From the IMG/VR virus record IMGVR_UViG_3300021399_000117, positions 67,566 to 131,565 of that record: a stretch of DNA of 64,000 nt. One strand, written 5' to 3'. The DNA is from a virus. Lineage: Duplodnaviria > Caudoviricetes. The notes under the pieces were generated by a model. The model had not been told where the DNA came from and did no database searches. It worked only from the letters and a program-made list of their open reading frames with translations. The stretch's first letter is position 1; each line of letters starts with the position of its first letter. The translations under genes and the position numbers were made by a program. Below, one piece after another: positions 37,315-47,600 of the stretch.

Positions 37315-38757
37315 ATGGCACAAATCGAAGTTAAATTTGATCATCAGCTCAAGCAGACTCCTATTGTGATTCCTCTCGTCACTCCTGACGGAAGTGAGGA
37401 ACAAGGCGTCAACGAGATGACCGGATCTAATGTACCCATCAAGCAGACGGCTATGTATGGTATCCGTGTCCCACTTATCAAGATAAAAGATATAGTTGTG
37501 GACATGAATAACATTGTGCGCATGGAGTTAGATGGACGAGGCCCTTTACCAAGGTTAAATCTCTCCGTCATCGACCGCGATAATAAAATACGTGGATTAC
37601 AGAATCCTGGATCCGATAACGAAATCCGCATTCAGATTCTTCCACGATTCGAGAACGCTTACAAGAAGATAGACCTTACCTTTTATGCTGAAAACTATCG
37701 TGCTCAGGGGTCTGTTCTATCCTTTAACTGCGTGTACAAACTACCATCACTTTATGATAGTCGGATCAAATGCTTTGGAGAAGTATCCACTTACGACATG
37801 TTCGAGCAGATAGCTCAGGAATGCCAACTGGGATTTGCGTCTAATGTAGAAGCCAGTGATGATATAAGATATCTGTACTGCGCCAATACATCCTACAACG
37901 ACCTGATGGAAAGTGCTATATCCACTTCTGGCGCATCGGGTGAAGATATCTCTTCACAAATCCTATACGACTACTGGGTAGACTTCTGGAACAATCTCAA
38001 TTTTGTAGATGTGTATGAACGATACAATACAGTCGAGCCAGATGAGAACATTCAGGTATGGATAGGTCCATCCGAGATAGCAGTAGGACAAGATGAGGAC
38101 GACGAACACACATATTCGAAAGAAACGGCCATCATATCTAACAACCCGTTAACCAACGGTACAGAACTGTTTATCGATCATTACAACACCATCAACAACT
38201 CGACTCAGGTTCAAGGAGGATCTGATAGGGTGCTGTCTATATATAATATGAATGCTGGCGAATCACTGGACTATCTCTTATCCGATGGTGATCAGCAGAA
38301 AGATGTGTTCACCAAATATGAATACGTAGGGGAGTGCTACGGTGACTTCAATTATTTGTTAGCCAGTCGATGTCGTAATATGATGAAGAATAAGATGGGA
38401 CAGCAGATCATCGAAGTGACACTTGGTTCGCCTATGTTATCTTTGACAAGAGGTGGTAAAGTCAACCTAGCTTGGTACGATATGGGTTCCAATCTCACTG
38501 ATATAAAAGCTGAATTGGGAGACGTTGTCCAACCTACCTCCTCTAATATACCTCTCCCTGATGATAAAGAGGATATCGAAAAGACTGGGCCTATGTTTCG
38601 TTTGAACAGAACGATAACTGGACAGTATTATATACTTAACAGTGTGATCAGATTTGAAAACGGTCGATGGACCAATACTTTACAACTGGTTCGTCCACGA
38701 GACAAAGTGATGAGTCCTGTAGACATGACCGAAGCATATGAAAATATTGAACGATAA
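37315..38757 (+). CDS. Baseplate hub-like protein
   Basis: Position after the gp53-like gene; WVDFWNNLNF and C-terminal TGQYYI...LQLVR pattern. Confidence 0.5.
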   Translation: MAQIEVKFDHQLKQTPIVIPLVTPDGSEEQGVNEMTGSNVPIKQTAMYGIRVPLIKIKDIVVDMNNIVRMELDGRGPLPRLNLSVIDRDNKIRGLQNPGSDNEIRIQILPRFENAYKKIDLTFYAENYRAQGSVLSFNCVYKLPSLYDSRIKCFGEVSTYDMFEQIAQECQLGFASNVEASDDIRYLYCANTSYNDLMESAISTSGASGEDISSQILYDYWVDFWNNLNFVDVYERYNTVEPDENIQVWIGPSEIAVGQDEDDEHTYSKETAIISNNPLTNGTELFIDHYNTINNSTQVQGGSDRVLSIYNMNAGESLDYLLSDGDQQKDVFTKYEYVGECYGDFNYLLASRCRNMMKNKMGQQIIEVTLGSPMLSLTRGGKVNLAWYDMGSNLTDIKAELGDVVQPTSSNIPLPDDKEDIEKTGPMFRLNRTITGQYYILNSVIRFENGRWTNTLQLVRPRDKVMSPVDMTEAYENIER

Positions 38758-40274
38758 TGAGCTCAATCGATAGAAAACTAGAACGTGGTGCTGATTTGAA
38801 AACCATGTACGAGGTGGATCCTCTTTCATACAAGGTTATCAAAAACATTATATACGATTGGCGTCGTAGTGGTACCAGATCATCAGAATTCAATCGTTTT
38901 GATGTGCCTGGTCATCTATTCTTTAAGGTCGTGTTTCACTTCTGGAACGGCGACGCCTACAGCGTAGATGAGAGTTATGCCAATCATAACGGCCTACTAA
39001 CACCAGCGTGGTTGTACATGAGTGAGGCTGACAGCCAGTCCATGAGGAGTAAGATGGGCGACAAGCAAGAACAATTAGAAAAAGATCAGATGGGTGATCA
39101 CTACGATCCACACCAGTACCTGGAACAAGCCTTGAGACAGAACTGCGCTTATAACTTCCTCATTCGCAATGACGAACTAGAACGTGCTGACTTGCTTAAA
39201 CAGTTCATTACTCTGTTATCAAATATCAGTACATACAGCCCATGGTATTTCGCTGAAGTATCTGGACTGGATACAGTCATGGAACGTCCTTTCAAATCCA
39301 ATGACGAATACAAGGTAGAGGACCCAAAACAGATTACCATCAAATGTATGCCAGACGCGCAAGACAATCGCGTGGCTACCCTGTTGGACTTGTATCGCTC
39401 AGTAGCTTATTCGTACGTATGGCACAAAGAGATTCTTCCAGCTAACCTACGTAAGTTCGATATGAGCATATACATATTCAGCTCACCAATTGCCAATCTC
39501 CATTCCAAAAAAGGTGCTTATGGTGCCACCATGGGTATGGAAGATAGTGGTTTTCGCAAGTTACAATCTGAAGACTTCTGGTTCTCGTCATACAAATGCA
39601 TCGAACTCCATGATTGTGAAATCGACTACAACGCACTCAAATCCGGATACGGGACTCTAGCTAATGCAGAGGGATTTACCCAAGAGTTCTCTATACCTAT
39701 TACAGTAGGAGATGCTTTCGAACAACGTTACAACCCATATATCGATCGTCTGATAGGGGATGCTATTGCTATCGATGTGGTCCGCAATACGTATTCACAA
39801 ACGGGTGCTATCAATTATATATTCACAGACGAAGAACAGAAAGACAATACAACGGTACTGGATGCTTTCAAACGTCGACTATATAAGTATGACTCCAGTG
39901 TATCCGGAATAGAGATTGATGCCCTCGGATTGATAGATGACGCAACAGGCAACGTGGCTTCGAACTTCGTCCAGAGTCAATTGCTCGGTAACATCTTCAA
40001 AGCATCCATCGGAGACCTGACCCGAGACTTCCGACGTCTATCTCAATCTGTTCAGGCAGGTAATCTAGGAGGAGTCATAGAAGGTGGCAAGGCCTTCCAA
40101 CAGCTGGGAAATGGATGGGTTTATAAAGCACCTCCAAAAACAAACATTTATAATCGTTCAACAAATGGTGTAAATTATGAGAACCCTAATAATTTCGATA
40201 AATCCAATATAATAGGTGAATCAAATTACAAAAACCGAGATAAATTTGTTCAAACTAATATATTCAATCGATGA
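38757..40274 (+). CDS. Tail tube-initiator/baseplate-like protein
   Basis: FAEVSGLD, ITIKC, ILPANLRKFDMSIYI, ELHDCEID tube-like pattern; coupled to the hub gene. Confidence 0.5.
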   Translation: MSSIDRKLERGADLKTMYEVDPLSYKVIKNIIYDWRRSGTRSSEFNRFDVPGHLFFKVVFHFWNGDAYSVDESYANHNGLLTPAWLYMSEADSQSMRSKMGDKQEQLEKDQMGDHYDPHQYLEQALRQNCAYNFLIRNDELERADLLKQFITLLSNISTYSPWYFAEVSGLDTVMERPFKSNDEYKVEDPKQITIKCMPDAQDNRVATLLDLYRSVAYSYVWHKEILPANLRKFDMSIYIFSSPIANLHSKKGAYGATMGMEDSGFRKLQSEDFWFSSYKCIELHDCEIDYNALKSGYGTLANAEGFTQEFSIPITVGDAFEQRYNPYIDRLIGDAIAIDVVRNTYSQTGAINYIFTDEEQKDNTTVLDAFKRRLYKYDSSVSGIEIDALGLIDDATGNVASNFVQSQLLGNIFKASIGDLTRDFRRLSQSVQAGNLGGVIEGGKAFQQLGNGWVYKAPPKTNIYNRSTNGVNYENPNNFDKSNIIGESNYKNRDKFVQTNIFNR

Positions 40275-40699
40275 TGAAACAACTGTCTGCTTATTTATTG
40301 GAGAACACCAAAGATCCTGCACGCATATTTGTGATTGTGAAGCCAGGATTCTACAAGTACATTCATGAGATTCTCGAACGTTTCGAAAAGGATGATTGGA
40401 AATTGGAGAAAATCACCACCAAACAACTCCTACTCAAGGAAGCGAAACGACTCTATGCTATCCACAAGGATGAAGAATGGTACAAGGATCTGTGTGAGTA
40501 CATGTCCAGCGAACCTACCACAGCCATGATTCTCAAAAACGAAAACATGGTAATGAGTCCTGAGATATTCGACAAGGTCGGTGTCATCAAAGACGAGCTT
40601 CGCAAGAAGTACGGAGAAGATGAAATGCGCAATGTGATTCATTCCAGTGATTCTATAATCCACATGAACAATGAAAAATCTGTTTATTTCGCGGTTTAA
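40271..40699 (+). CDS. ndk: Nucleoside diphosphate kinase with leader
   Basis: IVKPG, YAIHKDEEWY...YMSSEP, LRKKYG..MRNVIHSSDS (catalytic His); leader MKQLSAYLLE. Confidence 0.88.
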   Translation: MMKQLSAYLLENTKDPARIFVIVKPGFYKYIHEILERFEKDDWKLEKITTKQLLLKEAKRLYAIHKDEEWYKDLCEYMSSEPTTAMILKNENMVMSPEIFDKVGVIKDELRKKYGEDEMRNVIHSSDSIIHMNNEKSVYFAV

Positions 40700-40701
40700 T
40701 G

Positions 40702-40769
40702 CGATCTAACGCGAGATCTTTTAAGAATAACATAAGTACTCAGTTCGAACAAGATCGTCGATTATAATG
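40702..40769 (-). repeat. Family B intergenic element (inverted)
   Basis: Reverse complement reads CATTATAA-N5-GATCTTGT...AGATCTCGCGTTAGATCG, matching 61104-61172. Confidence 0.6.
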
Positions 40770-40832
40770 AAATCCCAAAGGCTCTCAGGACTTTGTTAAC
40801 GAAGTACCAAAGGCACATCGTGACTTTGTTAC
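40769..40832 (-). repeat. Two tandem inverted copies of the dyad insert
   Basis: Reverse complements TAACAAAGTCCTGAGAGCCTTTGGGATTTC and TAACAAAGTCACGATGTGCCTTTGGTACTTC. Confidence 0.6.
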
Positions 40833-40843
40833 TCAAAATAATT

Positions 40844-40886
40844 AACCTATCTGATCCACTAAAGATTGGGTAGGTTTTTTATATAT
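40844..40886 (+). promoter_or_regulatory. Class A promoter-hairpin with divergent stem
   Basis: AACCTATCTGATC-cactaaa-GATTGGGTAGGTT, T run, then TATAT. Confidence 0.65.
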
Positions 40887-40910
40887 TTATACATCAAAAA
40901 CAAAAATAAT

Positions 40911-41129
40911 ATGGCAGTAATCGAAAACAACTCATTGAGCATCAAGATGCACAACTACTTTACCACGGTAAGTTGGGAATACGAATTTCGTGATGCGAAC
41001 TTGGAAATTATTATGGATGGAGTTTGTACTTGCTTGACAGGACTAGGCTGGCATCGCGATTCTATTCTTCAAGCAATGTCTGAGTATGCCGATGATCGCT
41101 TGCCAAAAAATGACAACAACGATCAATGA
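40911..41129 (+). CDS. Small hypothetical protein
   Basis: ATG at 40911; ATGA overlap with the gp46-like gene. Confidence 0.65.
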   Translation: MAVIENNSLSIKMHNYFTTVSWEYEFRDANLEIIMDGVCTCLTGLGWHRDSILQAMSEYADDRLPKNDNNDQ

Positions 41130-42769
41130 AAGTACAGCGAATTAAAATCTCTCGATTCAAATCCATATACGACACCCTCGAAATAAACTTCGAGGATGTC
41201 CGTGGTTTTTGGGAGATAGGCGGTGCAGTAGGTACTGGTAAGACTACTATAGGAGAAGCCATCATATTCGGTCTATTCGGAACTGTTGGTGGTAAGAATA
41301 ATGGAGATCTCATATCTTGGGGACAGAAACATGCCTTGGTAGAACTGTGGTGTCAATCTAACGGACACAACATCTATATCAAGCGAGAAATCAATAAATA
41401 CGGACAGTCCCCTATCTATGCAGAAGTGGATGGAGAGGAATTGGTGTTCAGCAATAAAAGAGACGCCCAGTCGCAGTTGGAGTCTGAGTACTATGACGTA
41501 ACCCGTACTACCTTGGAGCTACTGTGTATTATATCTTTTAATAACTTCAAGTCACTGGCCACCCTCAACGCTAGTGACACCAAGAAGTTCCTGGATCAAG
41601 TGCTAGGATTCTATACACTATCTCAGTATTCTGAGGTCTGCAAAGAACTCCGCAGACAGACTATATCTGAAGGTACCAAATTGGATAACCAGATAAATAG
41701 CAATACAGACCAAATCAACAAGATAATGGAGTTGGCCAGTCTATCTCGCATCGAAGGGGATATGCAGGAGACCATGTCGGATATCAAAAAGCTTGAAAAA
41801 GAGCGCGATGAGTACGACAGTCAGATGGCAGAAAAGCTAATGGGTATGCGTAAAGAGTGGGCTGGTTATCAAGCAGAGATCAGCAAGATCAAAACTCTAG
41901 GTTCCAACAAGAAGAAAGAGATTGACTTCATCAAGAAGGGTACCTGCCCTACCTGCGGTGCACCTATCGATCAGTCATCACTTCCTATCAAAGAACAAGA
42001 ACGCCAAGTGCTTTTGGACCAGTACAACGTAGTCACAGAGAAGGCTAACAAGCTCCAAATGGATATTGGTCACGTCGAAATAGGGGTCAAAATAAAAGAT
42101 GGGCAGTTCAGGGACGACCTAGTTGAATTGCGCAATCTATTGACTCAATTGAAAGAGCAAGAGAAGCGTTCTGCTATCAATATGGGAGCAGTCGAACAGC
42201 TGAAGAAAGAGAATAAAAAACTTTCCAAAGATCGGGATAACATTTCCGTTGAAGAGGCTGAATGGGATGAACTGTATAACATACTCAACGAAGGTGTGCG
42301 TTCCAGGATACTTGCATCTTTCATACCTACTCTCAATAAGAACATCCTCAAGTACACCCAGCAGTTATATCAACCGTACATAATCGAATTCGATCCGTCA
42401 TTCAAATGTCGCATCAAAATATGTGGTATGGATGATGAAATATCACTGAGTTCTTTGTCCACAGGGCAACTTAAGACGGTGGATATGTGTGTCATTATGG
42501 GAGTGCTTGGTACTATCATGTCCAACATATCATTCAATATCACATTCTTGGATGAGTTATTTAGTAACATGGACGCAGAATTACGTTCTACTATGTGTCA
42601 GGTGCTACGTCAAAATCAAAAACCAGGACAAACCCTGTTTATTATTTCGCACGTGGAGCTGGACAATAAGTACTTCGATGGGCAAATCAATGCCAAGCTG
42701 GAGTATATTGACGAAGTGCATAAGAAATCAGTATATACCATGACCAAAAATATTATTGAAGGACAATGA
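41126..42769 (+). CDS. Rad50/SbcC (T4 gp46-like) recombination ATPase
   Basis: Walker A GAVGTGKTT, zinc hook CPTCG, signature LSTGQ, Walker B FLDE, ISH. Confidence 0.92.
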   Translation: MKVQRIKISRFKSIYDTLEINFEDVRGFWEIGGAVGTGKTTIGEAIIFGLFGTVGGKNNGDLISWGQKHALVELWCQSNGHNIYIKREINKYGQSPIYAEVDGEELVFSNKRDAQSQLESEYYDVTRTTLELLCIISFNNFKSLATLNASDTKKFLDQVLGFYTLSQYSEVCKELRRQTISEGTKLDNQINSNTDQINKIMELASLSRIEGDMQETMSDIKKLEKERDEYDSQMAEKLMGMRKEWAGYQAEISKIKTLGSNKKKEIDFIKKGTCPTCGAPIDQSSLPIKEQERQVLLDQYNVVTEKANKLQMDIGHVEIGVKIKDGQFRDDLVELRNLLTQLKEQEKRSAINMGAVEQLKKENKKLSKDRDNISVEEAEWDELYNILNEGVRSRILASFIPTLNKNILKYTQQLYQPYIIEFDPSFKCRIKICGMDDEISLSSLSTGQLKTVDMCVIMGVLGTIMSNISFNITFLDELFSNMDAELRSTMCQVLRQNQKPGQTLFIISHVELDNKYFDGQINAKLEYIDEVHKKSVYTMTKNIIEGQ

Positions 42770-42770
42770 T

Positions 42771-42802
42771 TCACTAAAAATCGGTAGGTTTTCCTTATAT
42801 AT
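42771..42802 (+). promoter_or_regulatory. Class A promoter
   Basis: TCACTAAA-N17-TATAT. Confidence 0.6.
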
Positions 42803-42827
42803 TATTTAACACAAACATATTAGTAAC

Positions 42828-43118
42828 ATGACATTAGCAGAAGAATTACGCTCCAAACTGAACGAGGGCATGGTAAGCTTTAGCTACCGAAAAGTAAACG
42901 GCGAATGGCGCGAGGCACGCGGTACTCGTAATCCAGAAGGTATTGAAGTCCTTCATGGTGAGACACCAAAAGGTATCGGAAAAGAGATCGAAGGCATCAT
43001 CGCGTACTGGGATATGGATGTCAATGGGTGGCGCTCCTGCCGCGAAGACTCTATCATTGCAGTGAATGGCTCCTACACAGTAGAAGAGTGGAAACAGAAT
43101 CATCCGGAGGAGGCGTAA
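42828..43118 (+). CDS. WYL-like/SH3 beta-barrel protein (DUF2693-like)
   Basis: V.FSYRKVNGEWREARGTR...YWD.D..GWRS motif. Confidence 0.75.
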   Translation: MTLAEELRSKLNEGMVSFSYRKVNGEWREARGTRNPEGIEVLHGETPKGIGKEIEGIIAYWDMDVNGWRSCREDSIIAVNGSYTVEEWKQNHPEEA

Positions 43119-43150
43119 GCTTCCTCCTGTTTTTTAAACGAATAACACAC

Positions 43151-43510
43151 ATGGAAGTAACAGGAACAGTAATTTTTACCGAGACCCAATCCGGTACCTC
43201 CAAGGCAGGACGCCCTTGGCAAAAGAAAGTGTTCGCCATTGAGTTCATGGAAGGCACGTACACCAAGCATCTCGCATTCGAACTCTTTGGCGAGGAACGT
43301 ATCAATAATAACCAGTTCAGAAAGGGTCAGACAGTCACGGTTTCGTACGATGTAGAGTCTGAAGAGTACAACGGGCGTTGGTACACAAGATGTACGGCAT
43401 GGCGCGTCGCTAAATTCGATCCATCGGCTCCGAACACACAACAACCAACGCAGCCGGTATCGTTGAGTGCAGCAGCAAAACCAGCAGACGCAACGGACCT
43501 CCCGTTCTAA
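43151..43510 (+). CDS. DUF3127-like OB-fold single-stranded DNA-binding protein
   Basis: SGTSKAG.PWQKK, FELFG, V.YDVES.EYNGRWYT...AW, DLPF tail; ATG at 43151. Confidence 0.8.
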   Translation: MEVTGTVIFTETQSGTSKAGRPWQKKVFAIEFMEGTYTKHLAFELFGEERINNNQFRKGQTVTVSYDVESEEYNGRWYTRCTAWRVAKFDPSAPNTQQPTQPVSLSAAAKPADATDLPF

Positions 43511-43541
43511 AGAACATACAAACATCCAATATATTATACAT

Positions 43542-44528
43542 ATGGAAAATAAGAAATGTGTTATCTCGATGTCGGGAGGACTTGACTCCACATCACTTGC
43601 GCTATACATGCTCTCGCAAGGCTATGAAATCCGAGCTTATGGGTTTAACTACGGACAGAAACATGACGTAGAGCTCAGCCTGGTAAAGAAAAACATCGCC
43701 TATCTACAATCGAAAGGTTATCCTATCACGCATCAGACGATTGACTTGAGAGATGCCTTTTCAGATTCCAGTTCATCATTGCATAAGGGTGGAGACGCTA
43801 TTCCCGAAGGAGACTATCGGGACGAGACCATGAAGAGTACCGTGGTAGAAAACCGCAATATCATCTTCAGCTCTATCATCTATGGCAAGGCACTGGCTTG
43901 GGCTAACAAGACACAATCGAACGTGGTGATTACACTCGGACTGCATGCTGGGGACCATACGATCTATCCTGACTGCCGCCCGGAGTCACAAGAGATGGCT
44001 CGTGAGCTGTTCCGCATCTCAAACTGGGGATCAGAGCGAGTAGACTACGTTGCACCGTTTATCAAGATTGACAAAGGCACGGTACTCAAGAAAGGTATCG
44101 AATCGTGCGAGAAACTGGGACTTGATTGGAAGATCATCTATTCGAACACAATCTCCTGCTACAATCCAGACGAACTAGGCCGGTCCTGTGGTAAGTGTGG
44201 TACGTGTGTAGAGCGTCTTGAAGCTTTTGAGAAGTTAGGCTTGAAAGATCCTATCGCTTATCAGGATACTCCCCTCACGGAACACAAGTTCCTATTGCAG
44301 ATGTGCACCAAGGACGGCAAAGAAATAGGCGTGACTTCGATAAAGGTCAAGAGTCCTAATTCAGACAAAGAAGTAGTGTTTGACAACCTCCCGTACGACG
44401 AAGGATTTATTCGAAACGCCGAAGCACGACTGCAGTATTCACACTCAATCAACCCTGAGATTGTGTCGGCTTGTGTAACCGGTTTGAAAGAAGATGATTA
44501 TGAAAGTGTGACTGTTGCACATATCTGA
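43542..44528 (+). CDS. queC: 7-cyano-7-deazaguanine synthase QueC with C-terminal extension
   Basis: SGGLDST, NYGQKH, VENRN, YPDCR, SCY...CGKCGTC..R; CTAAA...TATAT upstream (43507-43534). Confidence 0.93.
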   Translation: MENKKCVISMSGGLDSTSLALYMLSQGYEIRAYGFNYGQKHDVELSLVKKNIAYLQSKGYPITHQTIDLRDAFSDSSSSLHKGGDAIPEGDYRDETMKSTVVENRNIIFSSIIYGKALAWANKTQSNVVITLGLHAGDHTIYPDCRPESQEMARELFRISNWGSERVDYVAPFIKIDKGTVLKKGIESCEKLGLDWKIIYSNTISCYNPDELGRSCGKCGTCVERLEAFEKLGLKDPIAYQDTPLTEHKFLLQMCTKDGKEIGVTSIKVKSPNSDKEVVFDNLPYDEGFIRNAEARLQYSHSINPEIVSACVTGLKEDDYESVTVAHI

Positions 44529-44542
44529 TCCTAGGCACACAC

Positions 44543-44573
44543 AAAAAAAAAGGAACTCGAAAGAGTTCCTTTT
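44543..44573. terminator. Bidirectional terminator
   Basis: A8-AGGAACTC-gaaa-GAGTTCCT-TTT. Confidence 0.8.
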
Positions 44574-44668
44574 GTTGTATATAAGCGTATCACTATACTC
44601 CCGAGTTGGGGATACCAGGATTTCGCTGGCCGCCCACGAAACCTAAGCGCTACTTAACCTGATATCGA
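44545..44668 (-). ncRNA. Candidate late small structured RNA
   Basis: Orphan TTATTAT (44673-44679, minus), about 90 nt with stems GAUAUCAGG/CCUGGUAUC, UUAAG/CUUAG and GUUUCG/CGAAAU, no ATG, then a terminator. Confidence 0.45.
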
Positions 44669-44683
44669 ATATATAATAATCCT

Positions 44684-47600
44684 TTATCTGGTCTTTTTGA
44701 AATAAGGAACACGTCCTACAAATGAAATTCTTAGGTCGTCATCCGTCTCTATTCTGAGGCCATCAGGTATAACTCTGTATAAGTACCCTATTGATCCAGG
44801 ACGATCGAATAGTGCTACTTCTAGATATGGTTTATATTTGCGGTTTGCTGCACTGCCTCTCAATTTTGTCTTATTGAACAGTTTCCATAAGTTTGTCCAA
44901 TCCACGAAATGATCAGTTGTATGCACTCTATATCGATTCCTATCGTGTTTAAGATCGCGACGCCATACGTACTTGGTACCCTTTGCTCCAGTCAGTTCAC
45001 TAGGGCTTTTTCCGGTTATATCTTGCCACCGTTCAGAAGGTTGGGATGTGCGGGTAGGCCATTTGATCCATACAACAGGAGCTACTTTTGTACCATCTTT
45101 ATCAGTATACATAGGATATACCACCTCCCATCCTCGATTAGCATTTTGACTGATGGCACGAGAACACAAGTTAATCAGAGTTTTGACCGCCTCTGGATGA
45201 TGTCTTCCTTTGATATACTCATTGATGTTCCGTATCTCGCTTAATGACCCGAGTTTATTCGGATCGTGTGATATATCTCCGTTGCCAAAATCGTTACCAA
45301 GACATGTTAGATTATGACGAGCAACAGTTACGGCGGACTTTTTGGGCTCGAATATCCATTTCAGGGAGGTATTATCATCGCATACTGTATCGTAATCGTA
45401 TGAAGCATAAACAATGCCATTACCAACATAACTTTGTCCGGTCAGATTACAATACTCATCAAAAGTAATATATAGGTGGATAGCAGCCATTCGTTTATGA
45501 CTGTCGTACTTCGTCTTCATCCTCGCATATGTATTAGCATCCACGGTATGTGTGACGTCAGGAGTCCATTCTATATATCCGGACGTACAGATGTCTCTTG
45601 TACAACTACCTGAACGGATGATATATTGATATGCTTGTGCACCACCAAATACTCCTACAGGAATCAATTTGAACGTTACATTATTACCTGAATATTCTTC
45701 AGATACTGTGTAAGGTATCTCCACCCACAATTTATTACCTTGGCTATGGTACACTACATTATCCCAGCATGCATAGTTACGTTGGAACGATGAGAATTGC
45801 GGATCTCCATGAACTGTCTTATTGATTCGGTAACTGATAGTGGATCCGTCAGACAAGGTTACCAATATATCTGTGTATGTGCTGGTTTCCGTAGGAACCA
45901 TGCTTGTAATCTGCGCACCTTTGATATTACCTTGTTTACGACCGACACGGCAGGTCTTATATGATGCTCCGACGGATATTCTAAACGTCTCATCAGTCAT
46001 CACATACAAATCATATTGTTTGACCTGGTCGTTAGGGAAGCCTGTATATATCACCAAATCTCCGGATTTGCATTTCTGGCTCCGATCATCGATGAATCCT
46101 ACTTGATTATTGTTCAGATAACAAACATCTCTGCACATTGTGTTGTTACCATCCGCACCATTGGTACCGTTGACACCAGCTGGACCTGTTTCACCACGAT
46201 TGCCTTTTATTGTGAAATCAGGTACACGAACCCATTTCGCAACAGTATTAACGGATTGATATTCATATACATCGCCGGTTGATTCGTTGATATAAAGATC
46301 TCCCACTCGTTGTGCTACACCATAATGCTCAAAATTGTGCAAATCCGGATTGGGATCTGCTCCAGGAAAATTCAACTCAGTACCATGATACCACCAGTTA
46401 CCAGCCATTCCTGCACTACCTGGTGCACCCGGTGTACCAGGCGTACCGTGTAGAGATTCTATCCATTCAGCTTCAGTACCTGTGTATCCTTGTTCGACAG
46501 CTATCTCATATGCTGATTTGCCATCACCCCCAGCACGTACTCCGGTATTGCGTCCATTGACAAACCAATAAGGAACGTTGTTTATCAGAATGACATATGG
46601 CACATTAACCCGATAATTTCTAAAGTTTGCCAAATGATCCTTGATGTCTGATGATTCTTTCACAATTTCTTCCAATATGTCATCCATCTTGGATTGGGAT
46701 TTTGCCATGGCGTCCATAGCACGAGAGAACCCAGCATACTGGTCTGCTACATCTAATTCTATATTATTGATAGTAGTAGCATTAGCGGTGACTGTATATC
46801 TTGTGCACAAACGAAGCCCGTAGGAGGTTCCTGCACCATAGGCATCATCGCTGCGACTGTATTTAAGTACTTTGTTAGTGACTGAACCATCTGTATTGAT
46901 AAGTCCCGTCAAGAACATAGCCATAGGCACATTCTTATATGCGGTGGTGATGTTAGCATCTGCGTCTTTTACCATCACATCATATAAGACGATAATAGTG
47001 TTGAACTCGAATGAATCCTTGGTCTGTTCACCATCCATAATAGGAATTGCATGGTACTCAGCATTCTTTACTTGATGTGTAAATATAGAATAGAATGGAT
47101 TCTCGTAATAGTAGTCAGGGTTATTGATATCTGGAGTCAGTGCACCAGTAACCGACTTCAAATCATCATCATATCCTTCGATATATGATTTTAGATCGGT
47201 ATAGTGGCTATCATTATCACCAGGAGTCACTTCATATTGTGTTCCTTCTGCTGCATTAGGTATATAACAGTATACTTCACTGTAACCTACACCATCACGT
47301 GATTCGTATGAGTGAATGTCTATATCGCCTACATACTTAACCTGGGGAATGATATGAATGTTTTTCCCTTCTACAGTTATGGTAGAGTATTCAATCAGTT
47401 TTGACTGGAGTAAAGCATTCCAGAATAGGTTAGTAGAAACAGCAGGACTCCATTTGGTCGGTTCCCAGTCTTCACCTATTTTGGTACCTCTCATCCAAGC
47501 ACAACCATTCTCAAAATAATTCTGCAGGTATGTAGGAATGTCTGTATTAGGATTGGCGGGACTCGATGGTACAAACCCTTCTGGTGCTTTGAACGTACTA

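Noticed and set aside
44575-44670. Hammerhead or pistol ribozyme, or preQ1 riboswitch, next to queC
   Set aside because: No CUGANGA core. CCUAAGCG lacks a convincing pistol pseudoknot partner. The region is downstream of queC and lacks the preQ1-I pattern. Kept only as an unclassified RNA candidate.
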